64,000 bases of DNA. It comes from Rebecca billardiae RCC1528. Lineage: Eukaryota; Protista; Haptophyta. The notes below the pieces were generated by a model. The model had not been told where the DNA came from and ran no database searches. It worked only from the letters and a program-made list of their open reading frames with translations. The stretch covers positions 62,001 through 126,000 of the forward strand of contig OZ251225.1 of assembly GCA_965240325.2 (NCBI GenBank). The letters run 5' to 3'. Position numbers and translations under genes: made by a program. Within the stretch, counting starts at the first letter, position 1. The number at the start of each line of letters is the position of its first letter. Below, piece by piece: positions 25,392 through 38,303 of this stretch.

Positions 25392-25828
25392 GCGCCGCGC
25401 TCGGCGGGCCGCGTGCACGACGCGCCCGAGCCAACGACACGCACGGCAGAGGGCTCGCCCCCGGATCGGGCCGAACGTGTGCTCGTCGGCAGCTCATTCA
25501 TTGGCAGGCACGAATACTGTATTTATCGGGCGGTTGAGTCAATACCAAAGATGACTAGTAGCCTTCATCGTGATGAATAGCAAGAAGGTCTAATGACTGA
25601 CTAATTCTATGATTTAAAGACACAGGCACGAGGGCGCAGCTCTCCTGATTCGTCTGTCGAAGTACTGAATGGAGTTAATGGAGGATGTCGGAGCGCGTTG
25701 GCCGCGGGTGAGGGAGTCGTCGTAACCGATGCTGATCATGACTAGGACTGTTGGTGCATCTCACCCGCATCTGAGCGCAGGGCAGCGCGGGATTCTCAGT
25801 TTTGTGATGCGAACTCGTCGGTTCATCG

Positions 25829-28396
25829 ATGAACGACGGACGTCGCGACTCGCGGGGAGCCACGCCTCCCAGCACCATGCTCGCGACGCGAGCCGCCTTC
25901 CTGCAGGTGGCGGGCACACGTATGGATGCGCTGGGGTCGACGCCGTCCTGGCAGCCAGACCTCGCGTGTACCGCCGCCCCGGAGCCGGCCGCGAGCACAC
26001 CGATCGCCGCCATGCTGCGGCCAGCGCGGCGAGCTTCGAGGGGCGTCAAGCTGCAGCCGCTAGGCGCCCAGCGCTCGCCGGGCGCGCTGCTCGCGAGCAC
26101 GAGCGATTCGGCTGCGCAACCGAGCTTCGATTGGAGCAGCGAGCGCGTCGATCACGCCAAGCAGCTCGCGGCGAGCCGCCGCTCCCGAGCCCTCCTCAGG
26201 CCGCGCAATCGGAGCGCGCCGCGCAGCATGCCGCCCGCCACCGGCCGTGCGCGCTCCAACGTGCGGCGCGAGCAAGCGGGCACGAAGACGAGCGTGGAGA
26301 GCGAGCTGATGGGGAGCTCGTCATCCAGCTCAGCCTCGCAACCGAGCACATTCGACGCCACGACACCGCTGCCGCTGGGCACCCCTACGCCGCCGACGCT
26401 GCTCGCGCCGCGCACCGCCCACGCGCAGCAGCGGCCGAGCGACGGCCCACCAGACAACGCGCCGGCCCTCGACGCGCCGCGGCCGGGGGCGGATGAGCCG
26501 GCGGTCAGCATGGACATGCCGCCGCCGCCAGTCATGATCCCCGAGGAGGGCGAGGACGGCGACGCCACCTCGCCGCTGCCGCGCCAGCGCTCGCTCCCGC
26601 GCGCCCACGGCGCGAGCAGCCAGCCCGCCTCGGTGCGTGCGGCACCCCCGCTGCAGCGCGCCGCGTCGCTCCGCCGCTCCATCTCGGCGCACTACGACCT
26701 GCGCTCGATCCGGGGCTCGCTGCTCGAGGACGCGCTGCGCCCGGCGAACGAGGCGCTGAGCCCGCGGAGCCGCGCGGCTGCCACGCCCTCCGGCATGGCG
26801 GCGGCGGCGGCGGCGGCGAGCGCCGATGCCGCAGCCGAGGCGCGCGCGCACGACGCGACGGCGGACGAGGCGGACGAGCGCGCGATGCTCGAGCGGTTTG
26901 TGTCGCTGCTGCGCGCCACGCCCGTCTTCGCCTCGCTCAGCCGCGCCGAGCTCGAGGGTCTGTGCGGCTCCGCGCGGTACAGCGTGCACGCGCGGCACCA
27001 CGTCGTGTACCGGGAGGGCGTGGGCGCGAGCTCGGTGGGCGTGCTGCTGGCGGGCGCGCTCGAGCTGAGCGACCACTCCGGCCGGAAGGAGGTGCTGGAG
27101 CGGCGCGTGCAGCAGCGCGCCGCCGCGCCGCTCTTCGGCCTCGAGGGCTGCGGCGTCATGCCGCGCCTCGCCACGGCGCGCGCGGCCACCGACGGCTGCG
27201 CGCTGATGCTCATCCCGCGCGCCGCGCTGCCGCCGGCCGGCGGTACCGCGTGCGCGCGCGCCGTGGTGAGCAGCCTGCTGCTGCGCACGCGCGAGCTCGA
27301 GGGGCCTTTGGCGAGCAGCGCGGCCGCGCGCGAGGCGGTCGCGCCCCTCTTCCACGTCGTCAAGCTCGGCGCGAACGAGCCCCTGTTCTCGCAGGGCGAG
27401 GCGTCTGACGCGCTGTACGTGCTGGTGGGCGGCCGCGTGGACGTGAGTGCGCACGGCAGCCTCGCCAGGGGCGTGCGCGTGGCCACGCTGCAGCCGCGGG
27501 ACGGGCACGCGCTCATGCTCGGCGAGACCGCGCTGGTCGGCACGCAGCGCACGCGCTCGGCGAGCGTCGTCTCGCGCGAGCCGAGCTGGCTGCTGCGCAT
27601 GGACGCGGAGCACGCGCCCAAGCTGTGCGCGGCCGTGCCGCAGCTGCTCGAGCTGCTGGCCGAGGCGCGCGCGCTGCACGCCGCGTCCGACCGGGCGGTG
27701 CTGCACTGCGCGGACCAGAGGCGCCTCGATTCTGCGATCGAGAGGCTGAGCACGAGCGCGGCCGTGTTCCCCAAGCTGAGCACCACGAAGCGCGCCGCGC
27801 GGCAGCTCGCCGCCGAGGGCGGCGGCGGCGGCTCGAAGATGAGGAGCGCGCTCGCGAGCGCCGTGCAGCGTCGGCACTCCTCGGCGCTCAACGTGGCGCT
27901 CACGCAGAGCCAGAGGGCGAGCGCGCTGCTGCAGCTGCACGCGCCGGGGGAGGCGGGCGGGGATGAGCGGCCGCCCGGCACGCCGGCCGATGGCGGCAGC
28001 TCGGTCGGCGCATCGCCCGCGTCCAGCTTCAAGCGGCTGAGCAGCAGCCAACGCCTCAGCAGCGGCATGCCCGGTGGCAGCGGCGGCGGCGGCAGCGGCG
28101 GCGACGGCCTGCAGCCGCTGCAGCGCTCGGCAGGCAGCAGCCGGCCAAGCGGCGCGGCCGCCGCGCCCGGCGCGGCCTCCTCCTCGGCCGAGGTGGACGA
28201 GGGCGTGATGTGGCGGCAGCACCTGCCCGGCTGGAACTCGGGAGGGGCGAGCGCCGCCAGCTTCGGCGCGACGCCCAAGCGTCCGGCCGCCGGGCAGAGC
28301 CCACTGCCCATCCCGATGCAAAACCGGCGCTCGGTGATGGCGCAGGTGCGCACGCTCGCGCGCGCGAGCATGGCTGCCGCTGAGACCGCGCAGTGA
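25829..28396 (+). CDS. Cyclic nucleotide-binding domain protein (two cNMP domains)
   Basis: VFASLS..VVYREG..FG..PRLATARA and LFSQGEASDALYVLVGGRV..GETAL..RSASV. Confidence 0.8.
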   Translation: MNDGRRDSRGATPPSTMLATRAAFLQVAGTRMDALGSTPSWQPDLACTAAPEPAASTPIAAMLRPARRASRGVKLQPLGAQRSPGALLASTSDSAAQPSFDWSSERVDHAKQLAASRRSRALLRPRNRSAPRSMPPATGRARSNVRREQAGTKTSVESELMGSSSSSSASQPSTFDATTPLPLGTPTPPTLLAPRTAHAQQRPSDGPPDNAPALDAPRPGADEPAVSMDMPPPPVMIPEEGEDGDATSPLPRQRSLPRAHGASSQPASVRAAPPLQRAASLRRSISAHYDLRSIRGSLLEDALRPANEALSPRSRAAATPSGMAAAAAAASADAAAEARAHDATADEADERAMLERFVSLLRATPVFASLSRAELEGLCGSARYSVHARHHVVYREGVGASSVGVLLAGALELSDHSGRKEVLERRVQQRAAAPLFGLEGCGVMPRLATARAATDGCALMLIPRAALPPAGGTACARAVVSSLLLRTRELEGPLASSAAAREAVAPLFHVVKLGANEPLFSQGEASDALYVLVGGRVDVSAHGSLARGVRVATLQPRDGHALMLGETALVGTQRTRSASVVSREPSWLLRMDAEHAPKLCAAVPQLLELLAEARALHAASDRAVLHCADQRRLDSAIERLSTSAAVFPKLSTTKRAARQLAAEGGGGGSKMRSALASAVQRRHSSALNVALTQSQRASALLQLHAPGEAGGDERPPGTPADGGSSVGASPASSFKRLSSSQRLSSGMPGGSGGGGSGGDGLQPLQRSAGSSRPSGAAAAPGAASSSAEVDEGVMWRQHLPGWNSGGASAASFGATPKRPAAGQSPLPIPMQNRRSVMAQVRTLARASMAAAETAQ

Positions 28397-28780
28397 GAGT
28401 ACATAACGCGCGGCCGCCGTGCTGTCACAGAGCGCGATGTGGCAGCGATTCGTCGGCACAGCCACCGCAGCTGTCGCCGCCTTCGTCGTCGTCATTCGAC
28501 ATCCACGAGCTGCGGCAGCTGGCGGGCGCGCGTCAGCGGTCCCGCAGGCGGGATATGTTCCCGTTGGCCGCGGTTTGATTCGTCGATCGTGGTGATCCGT
28601 CAAACAAATGGCTACCAGCATTGCAGGCAGAGTGCTGTCGACAAAGATGATTTTCAATTTTCTGTCCATTTTCTGTTTGGTGGTGTGCAAAATTAATGAC
28701 CGACGGTGGAAAATTGCCGCGCGGCCGCCGCCGATCGTCGACCGACGATCCTCGACGCGCCCTCGCTCCCCCCCCCGAGG

Positions 28781-31700
28781 ATGGCCACCCGCCGCGCCAA
28801 CTCGTCCTCGCTGCCGCCCTCGCTGCGCGAGCTGCAGAGCCCGCTCCTCGACGAGCCGCCGCCGCCGCCGCCGACGCGCGCGGGGGCGCGCGCGGCGCGG
28901 CGCGGCGCGGCGCGCGCGCGCGCGCTCGACGGCTGCCTGTGCCTCGCGCTCGGCGCGTGCGCGGCGGGCTGGGCGCTGGTCGGCGCGTTGCGCGGCTGGC
29001 CGCGCCACTGGCTCCGCCCGGCCCCGCGCGCGCTCGCGCTGTGGCGCGCGCGCGCGCGCGCGCCCGTGGACTGGGAGTCTGTGTGCTCGGCGTGCGCGCT
29101 CGCGTGCGCGCTCGGCGCGGCGTGCGCGCTGCTCGCGCGCGCGCGCACGCGCGCGCGCGCGCGGGCGAAGCGCTCGAGCGCCGAGCTCGACCGCGCGGGT
29201 CTGCTCTCGCAGATCACCTTCTGGTGGGTCGTCGGCACGCTGCGCGCGGCGGCGCGCGTGGACGCGCTGCGGCTCGAGCAGCTGCCGCAGGTGGCGGCGT
29301 CGGACGTGCCCGCGCGGCTGTTTCGCCGCTTCCGCGCGCGCTGGGCGCGGCGCGGCGGCGGCGCGAGCGGCGCCGAGCCCTCGCGCGCGCCCGGCCGCGC
29401 CGCGCGCCCCCGCCCGCGCGCGTGGTCCTTGCTGTGGCTGGTGCTGGTGCGCGTGCAGCCGTGGGTCTTCCTGCGCTCGCTGTGCGCGGGCTGGCTGTTC
29501 CTGGGCTCCATGCTGCTCGACCCGCTGCTGCTGGGCGCCGTGCTGCGGGGCGCGCAGGCGCACGACGCGGCGGGGCGGAGCGGCCGGCCCGCCGCGCCCG
29601 GCGCGGAGTCCGTCGAGCTCTGGTCCGTGCTGCTGCTCTCCGCCAACATGCTGCTGCGCGTGTGCTGCATGGAGCTGTGCTACTTCCACAGCGTGCGCGC
29701 GGCGGCCAACGCGAGGGCGGCGCTGGTGGTCGCGCTGTTCAGGGCGGCGCTGCTCGCGCCCGACGCGGCGGAGCTCGCGCGCCGCGCCGACGCGTCGGGC
29801 GCGCCCCCCTCCGGCTCGCTCGCCGGCCGCCTCACCAACCTGATGGCCACGGACGCGGACAAGCTGGGCAAGAGCGAGGCGCTGGTGTGGAGCATCGCCT
29901 CGTGGACGTGGGCGGTGGGCTCGCTGCCGGTCGTGCTGTGGCAGACGTACACGCTGCTGGGCAGCGCGGCGCTCGTGGGCGTGGGCACGCTGCTCCTCTC
30001 CAACCAGCTCTCCTGGGCCGTGATGCGCTGCACGCAGCCGGTCGTGCGCCGGCTGCAGGCGCGGCGCGACGCGCGCGGCGCGCTGCTCGCCGAGCTGCTG
30101 GGCGGCGTGCGGCTGATCAAGCTGAGCGGCTCGGAGGGCGCGTGGGCGCAGCGCCTCACGGTCGCGCGCGACGAGGAGCTGCGCGAGCTCGCGCTCATGC
30201 GCTACCTGGGCGCGGGCGCGCAGCTGGTCGCGCAGCTCCTCTCGCTGGGCGTGCCCGCGGTGATCTTCGGCTGGTACACGCTCGCGCAGAGGCGAGTGCT
30301 CACGCCCGCGGTCGCGTTCACCGCGCTCGCGTGGATCCAGCAGATGCGGGTGTGTGCGCGTGTGTCAGCGCTCCGCGTGTGTCAGCGCTCCGCGCGGGCG
30401 CAAGGGCACGCGTCAGGGGGCGCCGCCGCCCGCCCGGCGCCACGCCAAACCCGCCGAGGGCCGGCTGCGCGCGGCGCGGCCCTGCGCGCGCGCGCCCCCT
30501 GACCCGCCTCGCGCGCGCGCGCGCCCGTGCGCGTCCGTGCGCAGTGGTCCATCTCGGTGCTGCCCGGCATCTACGGCATCGTCGGCTCGCTGCTGCCCAC
30601 GCTCGAGCGGCTGGCGCGCGCGCTGGACGCGCTGGACGAGCTGCCGCCCGCCGGGCGGGCAGAGGCGGAGGAGGCGGCTGAGGAGGGTGACGACGACGAG
30701 GACGAGGCGGAGGAGGCCGAGGCGGCGGAGCTGGGCGACCAGGGCGAGGCGCCGCCGCCGGGCGTGGCCGCGCAGCTCGTGGACGCGCTCGTGCTGCACG
30801 GCGGCGGCGCGCTCGGCGAGGCGGCGCCCGCAGCCGCGCCCGCGGCCGCGGAGGCGCGCGCGCTCGAGCCTGGGTGCGCCGAGGGCGGCGAGGCGCAGCG
30901 CGACGGCAGCTCGCGCGTGGTGCTGGCGCGCGTCTCGCTCTCGCTCGGCGCCTCCGAGCTGCTGCTGCTCTGCGGGCCGGTGGGCGCGGGCAAGTCGTCG
31001 CTGCTCGAGGCGATGGCGCGCGCGCGCCCGCTCGGCGGCGGCGAGTGCCGCGCCGCGCGCCGCCGCGCGTTTGTCTCGCAGAAGCCGTTCCTGCTGAGCG
31101 GCACCGTGCGGGAGAACGTGCTGTTCGGGCTGCCGATGGAGGCGGGGCGGTACGCGGAGGCCATCGAGCGCGCGCAGCTCGCGCCCGAGCTGCGCGAGCT
31201 CTCCCGCGCCGACGAGACGTGCGTGGGCGAGGGCGGCGTGCAGCTGAGCGGCGGGCAGCGCGCGCGCGTCGCGCTCGCGCGCGCGCTGTACGCCGACGCG
31301 GACGCGTACTTCCTGGACGACGTGCTGGCGGCGGTGGACGCGCACACGGGGCGCGCGCTGTGGGAGGGCGCGGTGCTGCACCTCGCGGCGCGGGGCAAGG
31401 CGGTCGCCCTCGCGACGCACGCCCTGCAGTGGGCCGCACACCCGCGCGTCTCGCGTGTCGCCCTGCTCGGCAGCGGGCGGCTGCTTGCGTGCGCGCCGTA
31501 TGCGCAGCTGCTGCGCGCGTGCAGGGAGGCGGAGGGCGAGGGCGGGGCGGAGGGAGGGGCCTCCGACGGCGCCGCCGAGGCGGGCGGCGGCGGCGGCCTG
31601 CGCGCCGAGCGCCACGCGTCCATCCGCGCGCTGCTGCTGTACGGCGGTGCAGGCGACGCGGGCGCGCGCGCGGGCGGCAGCGGCGCCGACGGCGGCGGCG

Positions 31701-34193
31701 CCGAGCGCGGCGGCGGCGGCGGCGCGCTCGGCGTCGGCGGCGCCGCCGCCCCCGCGTGCGCGCCCGCGGCCGAGCGCGGCGCCTCCGCCCCTCCGGACGA
31801 GTCGATCCCGCCAGACGAGCGCGAGCTGAGCGTGCGCGCGGCGCGGCGGCTGGTGCGCTCGGCGCTGCACGCGCACGAGGGGCGCACGCTCGACCGCGCG
31901 CTGGTGCGCGCGGTGGCGGCCGAGCTGGGCGCGTCGCGCGCGGAGGCGGAGGAGGTGCGGCGCGTGGGGCTGATCGCGCCCGCCGACTTTGCGGTGTACC
32001 TCCGCGTCTTCGGCTCGGCGCCCTCGCTGCTGCTGCTGCTGCTGTGCGCGCTCGGCTCGGCGCTGCTCGGCATCGGCGCCAACCTCTGGCTCTCGCGCTG
32101 GAGCGACGCCAACGCGCACTGCGCCCAGGGCGCGGAGGGCGCGGAGGGCGCGGAGGGCGATTGCTCCGAGGGCGCGCAGCGGGCGGCGCTGCTGCGCTAC
32201 CTGCTGCTCGGCGTGGGCGGGCAGCTGTGCGCCGCGCTCGAGACGGTTTGCCTCACGCTGTGCGCGCTGCGCGCCTCCCGCGCGCTGCACGCGCAGCTGT
32301 TGTCGAGCCTGCTGGGCGCGCCCATGGCCTTCTTCGACGCGCACGGCTCCGGCAGCGTGCTCAACCGGTGCGTGCGCGCAGAGGGGCGGGGCGAGGCGCG
32401 CACACACCGCGCACGCCGCGCCCGCGCCTCGGCCCCTCTGCGCTCCCTCTCTGCGCCGCGCCGCCCTGTGCGCCGCTCGGCTCCCTCAGCCTGCGCACGC
32501 GCGCACGCGCCCACGCGTGCGCATGTGCACGCCCCCTCCGCCCGCTCCGCCCCCTCCGCCCGCTCCGCCCCGCCCCTGCACGCCCGCCCCGCCCCGCAGC
32601 TTCCTGCAGGACGTGCAGTCGATGGACAGCTACGTGCCAAACACGCTGCTCGACACGGCGGCCAAGCTGCTGCAGATGGGCACGCAGCTCGGGCTTGTGC
32701 TCGCGCTCGCGCCGTGGGCGGCGTGCGCGCTGCCGCTGCTGCTGCCGCTCTACGCCGCCGTCTTCCGCGCCGTCCGCCCGGCCGCGCGCGACACGCGCCG
32801 CCTCGAGGCGCGCGCGCACTCGCCCGTGTACGCGCACTTTGCGGACGCGCTCGCCGGGCGCGAGACGGTGCGCGCGTTCGGCGCGGAGGGGCGGTTCTGC
32901 GCGGCGAACGCGCGGCTGGTGACGGCCATGTCCCGCGCCAAGGTGGGCAACGAGGCGGTGTGCAAGTGGGCGCAGGCGCTCAGCACGCAGAACGGCTGCG
33001 TGCTGTACGGCGCGTGCGGCCTCGCGTGCGTGCTGCTCAACTCGGCGCACGCGCTCAGCGCGGCGCAGCTCGGGCTGGTGCTCCTGTACGCGGCCTCGCT
33101 GCAGCGCGCGGCGATGGACCTGATGATGCAGCTCACCGTCCTCGAGACGCAGTTCGTCTCGATCGAGCGCCTCGCCGAGTTCACGCGGCTGGACGCGGAG
33201 GCGGACGAGGACGAGGACGGCGGCGGCGGCGGCGGCACCGAGCGCGCGCCGCCGCCCGCCGGCTGGCCGTCGGGCGGCGGCCTCGAGCTGCGCGACGTGT
33301 GGCTGCGGTACCGCGCGCACCGCCCGCCCGCGCTCAAGGGGCTGTGTCTGCGCGTGGCGCCGGGCGCCAAGGTGGCGGTGTGCGGCGCGACCGGCTGCGG
33401 CAAGTCCTCCCTCTTCGCCGCGCTCAGCCGGCTCTACCCGCTCGACCGCGGCGACGTGCTCATCGACGGGCTGTCCGCCACGCGCCAGCTCAGCCTGGCA
33501 CACGTGCGGCGCGCCGTGCGCGTGCTCTCGCAGGACGCGGCGCTGCTCGACGGCAGCCTGCGCGCCAACCTGCGCGCGGACTTTGGCGAGGAGGCGGCGG
33601 CGGCCGCGGCGGCGCACGCGCCGAGCGCGCTCGCGCGCGCCCTCGGGCTGTGCGGCCACGGCCGCTTCTACGGCCGCGCGGCGCAGGACGAGGCGGCCGC
33701 GCGCGCCGCGGCGCGTGCGGACGAGGACGCGCTGTGGGGTGCGCTGCGGCGCGCGCGGTGCGACGCGCTCGTGGCCGCGCTGCCGCACGGGCTGGACACG
33801 CGCGTGAAGGGCGGCGACTTCTCCGAGGGCGAGCGCCAGCTGCTCGCGCTCGCGCGCGCGCTGCTCCGCCACCCCGCCGTGCTCCTCGCCGACGAGCCCA
33901 CCTCGTGCGTCGACCTCGTCACGGACGAGGCGGTGCACGGCGCGCTGCTCGGGCTCGACGCGACCGTGCTGATGATCTGCCACCGGCTGCAGCACGTCGG
34001 CCGCTTCGACGAGGTGGTGGTGATGGACGACGGGAGGGTGGTCGAGCAGGGGCCGCCCGCGCGCCTGCTGCGCGACCCGAGCAGCCGGCTCGCCGGGCTG
34101 TGCGCGCGCGCCGGCCTCGAGCCCGACGAGGTGCTCGCGCGCGCGGCGCCCGCCTCCGAGCACGAGAGCCGGCTCGACGTGCGCATCGACTGA
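28781..34193 (+). CDS. ABC transporter, C family (MRP-like)
   Basis: TMD-NBD-TMD-NBD layout. Motifs GPVGAGKSS, LSGGQ, GATGCGKSS, FSEGERQ, DEPT. Introns 30350-30544 and 32368-32599 restore the frame (NRFLQD). Confidence 0.92.
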
Positions 34194-34837
34194 GGCCAGC
34201 GCTCGCAGCAGCAGCAGCCTCCGCATCGGCTGCGCCGGGCGCGCACCCGCCACCGCCATGCATGCGGCGCCATTCGTCAGCACACCGATCACCGGCCACG
34301 ACGTGACGTATGCGCCGTGACGTGACTGAGTATGCGCCACCCGCCCCGACCCACCACTATTCACTGCGCAGCGCGGCCACTGCATAGTGCATGCGCTCGC
34401 TGCGGGCGTCAGACCGCCCGGTCTGCGCGGCCTACTGCTGCCGCCGCTTGGTTCGGACCTCGTCGGCTCATCCACTACCGCACGCGACGCTATATTATTC
34501 GTACATACTCAGAATAAGACCCGCGGGCGGAGTAGACAGTAGTCAGACTCAGCTTGACGACGAGCTATCGTCCGCCAACTCTAAGAGTCGTGAGTCTAAT
34601 GACTACGCCGTACGCGGCAGCGCGGGGGCGGGCAGCCGGGCAGGCCCGTGCGAGGGCGTGAGGCCGCCACCCGGCCGACTCCCGAGTCACCCGAGCCATG
34701 GGCGGACGAGCCATCGATCCGGGCGTCGCGTCGAGCAGCAGCTAAGCGGCTCGACTCTCGAGCAGCAGCGGCCGCAGTCACCTCTGCTGCCAGATGACTC
34801 TGGGCGAGACTGCCAATGCTACTGACCGCCGGCCCCG

Positions 34838-34879
34838 AGTGGCACACGTCAGTGGCACACGTCAGTGGCACACGTCAGT
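34838..34879. repeat. 13-bp tandem repeat AGTGGCACACGTC x3
   Basis: Seen directly in the intergenic region. Confidence 0.85.
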
Positions 34880-35024
34880 CACAGTGGCAGACGGGAGGTG
34901 GCGCCGGTGGCGGCACTAGTACTCGCCGGACTCGCCGTCCAATCCAGCCAGCGGGCGCAGCGCCTCGCGAGGCGGCTGCGCGGGGCGGCTCGGCCGAGCA
35001 GCCGCGCCTCGCCCCGCCGCGTGC

Positions 35025-35641
35025 CTACAGCGTGAGCGCCGCCAGCCCGAGGCTGATGGCGGTGGCGCCGCCGAAGAGCCCCCACGAGGACGCGCGCACC
35101 GAGCCCAGCTCCAGCCCCGCGCACGTCAGGTCCCAGTACTGCGCGCGGCGCGCGCGGCGCGAGGGGCGCGGCGCGCGCGCGTGAGCGGCCGCCCGCGCCG
35201 CGCGCGTCCGCCGCGCGCGTCCGCCCGCCGCGCGCCTCTGCGCGCCGCGCGGCTCACCGTGTGGCGCAGTGCGGAGAGGTAGTGGTACGAGAGGGGGAAG
35301 GCCACGCACGCCTTCGCCACGGGCACGAGCGCCGGGCACGAGGTCTGGAAGGCGGCGACGACGGCGGGCACGTCCGCGCCGACGAGGGCGAGCCCGCCGA
35401 TCCCAGCCACGCCCGCCGTCATCGCCACGCCCGTGATCCGCGTGCTGATCGACGAGATGGCGGCGACCGGGAACTTGTAGATCGTGAGGTGCGGCGAGAC
35501 CGGCCGGCCCGTGGCGGCCTGGCGCTCGGTGTACGAGGGCGAGGAGGCGGTGGAGGCGAGGCGGAGGCGGGACGCCGCCGCCGGCGCCGCGAGCCGCAGG
35601 CCCAGCGGCGCGCCGCGCACCACGCGCGAGGTGACCAGCAT
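35025..35641 (-). CDS. SDH3: Succinate dehydrogenase cytochrome b560 subunit with mitochondrial presequence
   Basis: RPVSPHLTIYK..SISTRITG..YHYLSALRH|YWD. Intron 35257-35139. Confidence 0.92.
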
Positions 35642-35825
35642 GACGCGTGTGCGAGAGCGCCGGAGGGGTCGCGCCGGCGGGGCAGCCCTCCTGCCGACTG
35701 ACGGCGCCGCCGCCGCGGCCGGCAGTCTGAAGAGTCCGGCACACCAAGGGTGGTCGGCACACCCTCGGAACCAGCGCGACCGCGCGAGCGGGTTCTCGTG
35801 GGCGACCCACGCCGACGCGCGCCGA

Positions 35826-37794
35826 TGATGGGCTCCGCGCTCGCCGAGCGCGCGCCGAGCGCGCGCGCCGCGGCGGTGGGCGCGGGCGTCGCGCTCGCCG
35901 CCACCACCCTCCTCCTGCTGCGCCGCCGCGCCCTCGCCGCGCGCACGCGCGCGGCCGCCGAGCGCGCGGCGCGTGAGCGCGTGGAGGCGGAGACGGCGCG
36001 GCTGGCCGAGCGGCTGGCGAGCGCGGCGAGCGAGAGCGCGCGGCAGGGCGAGAAGGTGGAGGCGCTGCGGAGCGCACGGCGCAACGGCGCGCAGGTCTTC
36101 CAGGACGCCTCGCCCTCGCCCGGCCCGCCGGCGCCGCTCGCGCCGCCCGCGGCGTCGAGCGGCCGCGGCGCGGCCGGCGGCGCCGTCGGCGCGCGCGGCG
36201 CGGCCTCGCTCGCGCACGCGGCGGCGGTCGCGGCGGTGGCGGGCGGCACGCCGCCCGCGCGCGGCCAGCTGCGCCGCATCGGCTCGACCGAGACCTTCGT
36301 CGACCTCGGCGACTTCGAGACGCCGCCCGAGGGCGGGCGCGTCGAGCTCGAGTCGGCCGCGAGCGCCGCCGCGCTGCTCGTCGACGGCGAGGGCGTGCGC
36401 GCGAGCGTGGCGCGGGTGCGCGCGCCGCTGGGCGAGGCGGACGAGCTGCACCGCGCGGGGCACGCGCAGCAGGCGTACGCGCTGCTCGCCTCGCGCCTGC
36501 CGCACCGCCTCCGCGCCGACCACGCGCACGCGCCCACGCTCGGCCTGCTGGGCGCGCCCGCGGGGCCGGCGCCGCAGCAGCAGCCGCACGCGGCGGCCGC
36601 GTGGGCGGCGGCCGCGGCGGCGGTGGAGCCCGGGCTGGGCGAGGCGTGCGCGCAGCTGCTCTGGCGCATCGCGCGCTGCCGCTATGAGATGGCCGAGCAG
36701 TGCGCCGCCGCCGCGGGCGGGTGCGAGTCCGACGCCGCAGAGATCGCGCTGCTCGCGTTTGCGGCGCGGCTGAGGCCGCACGGCGGCGCGGCGACGCAGC
36801 CCGCGGCCTCGGCCGCCGCCGCCGGGGGCGCGCGCGGCGTGGCGCCGGACGCGGAGCGCATGCGCGCGCACCGCGCGCACCACCTGGTCGAGGGCGCGCA
36901 GGCCGCCGCCGCCGCCGTCGCGCTCGCGCCCTCGTGCGTGCCCGCGCACCTGTGGGGCGCGTGGCTGCAGCTGCGGCTCGCCTCCTTGCCCGTGCTGCCC
37001 GCGCAGCAGCAGCCGCCGCACCCGGCGCAGGCGCAGCCCTCGCCCGCGCGGCCGGGCGGCGCGCGCGCGGGCGCCGCGGCGCGCGCGCAAATGTGCGCGC
37101 GGCGGCGCGGCGCGCCGCGCGGCGCGAGGCGCCACCGCGCACGCCGCCGCACGCCGCGCCGCTCACGCGCGCCCCGCACGCCGCACGCCGCCCCGCCCTC
37201 CCCCTTGGCTTGGTCGCTCGCTCGCTCGGCGCACGCAGGGAGTCGGCTCTCGCAGCGGAGGCGCACGCGCGCGCCGTGCTCGCGCTGCGCCCGGACTCGG
37301 CGGCGGCGCACGCCGCGCTCGGGGCCACGGCCTTCTTCGCGGCGTCGCTCACGTGGGCCGAGGCCAAGCTGCGCGAGGCGCTGGCCTCGCGCGCCAACGG
37401 CGGCGGCGGCGGCGGCGGCGGCGCGAACGGCGGCGGCGGCGGCGCGGACGACGGCGACCGCACCGCGGCCGCGGCGCGCGCGCCTCCGAGCGGCGTGCGC
37501 ACCACGCTGGGCGCAGCGGTGCAGCACCTGCAGAGGGCGGCGCAGGCGGCGGGCCAGGAGGCGGAGGCGGCCGTGCCGCCGAGCGAGGACGAGGCGGTCT
37601 CGCACAAGGCGGTGCTGCTCTGGCTCGCGCGCGCCCTCATCCGCCTCGGCCGGCTGGAGGAGGCGGAGGGCGCGCTGGCGGCCGCACACGCGCTGCCGCT
37701 GCGCTGCCCCGAGGACGGGCGCGCACACGCGCACGGGGAGCGGCTGCTCGGCGCGCTCGGCGCAGACGCGCCGCGCTCGGCGCGGTTGCGCTGA
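35826..37794 (+). CDS. Regulator of microtubule dynamics (RMDN/PTPIP51)-like TPR protein with N-terminal TM anchor
   Basis: TM segment plus coiled coil; motifs LLWRIAR, AHLWGA, ALRPDS..H..LG...LTWAE, LLWLAR...PED. Intron 37093-37238. Confidence 0.7.
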
Positions 37795-38303
37795 GCCACG
37801 GCGTGTCGCGACGGCCGCAGGCGTGGGCGCGCGCTGCGCATGGCCGCGCGTCACCGCGCGGCAGGCTGCCTGCCGCAGGACGAGTGAGCGCACTCGGGCA
37901 CAGTTTGGCCTTGTGTGATCGAGTTGTGACTTGTGAGTTGTCCGCCAGCCGTGCTGCGCAATGCGCAGTGCGCTCAGCGCGCTACGCACCAACCGTCACG
38001 CCGTGACCGTTGACTACTGCGCCGAATTGTCCGAGTCCGATGCAACAGCAGCATGGCTTAGCACTGTGACAGACTGCAAACAGACTGCAGTCAAGACACG
38101 CACGCGCCCGCGGACGCGCACCGCACACAGTGTCTCACTGGCTGTGACTGTCCGGACTGCGGAGACAGCCCGGAACCAGTGCGCAGCCGGTTGAATGACT
38201 TGAATCCTATCCCGCCATCCTGAATTCCAGAATGCATTGAGCGTCGCATGCGCGACTGCCGGGGGCGAACAGTGCGCGGCGCCGCAAGCCGTCGCCCCTC
38301 GCC

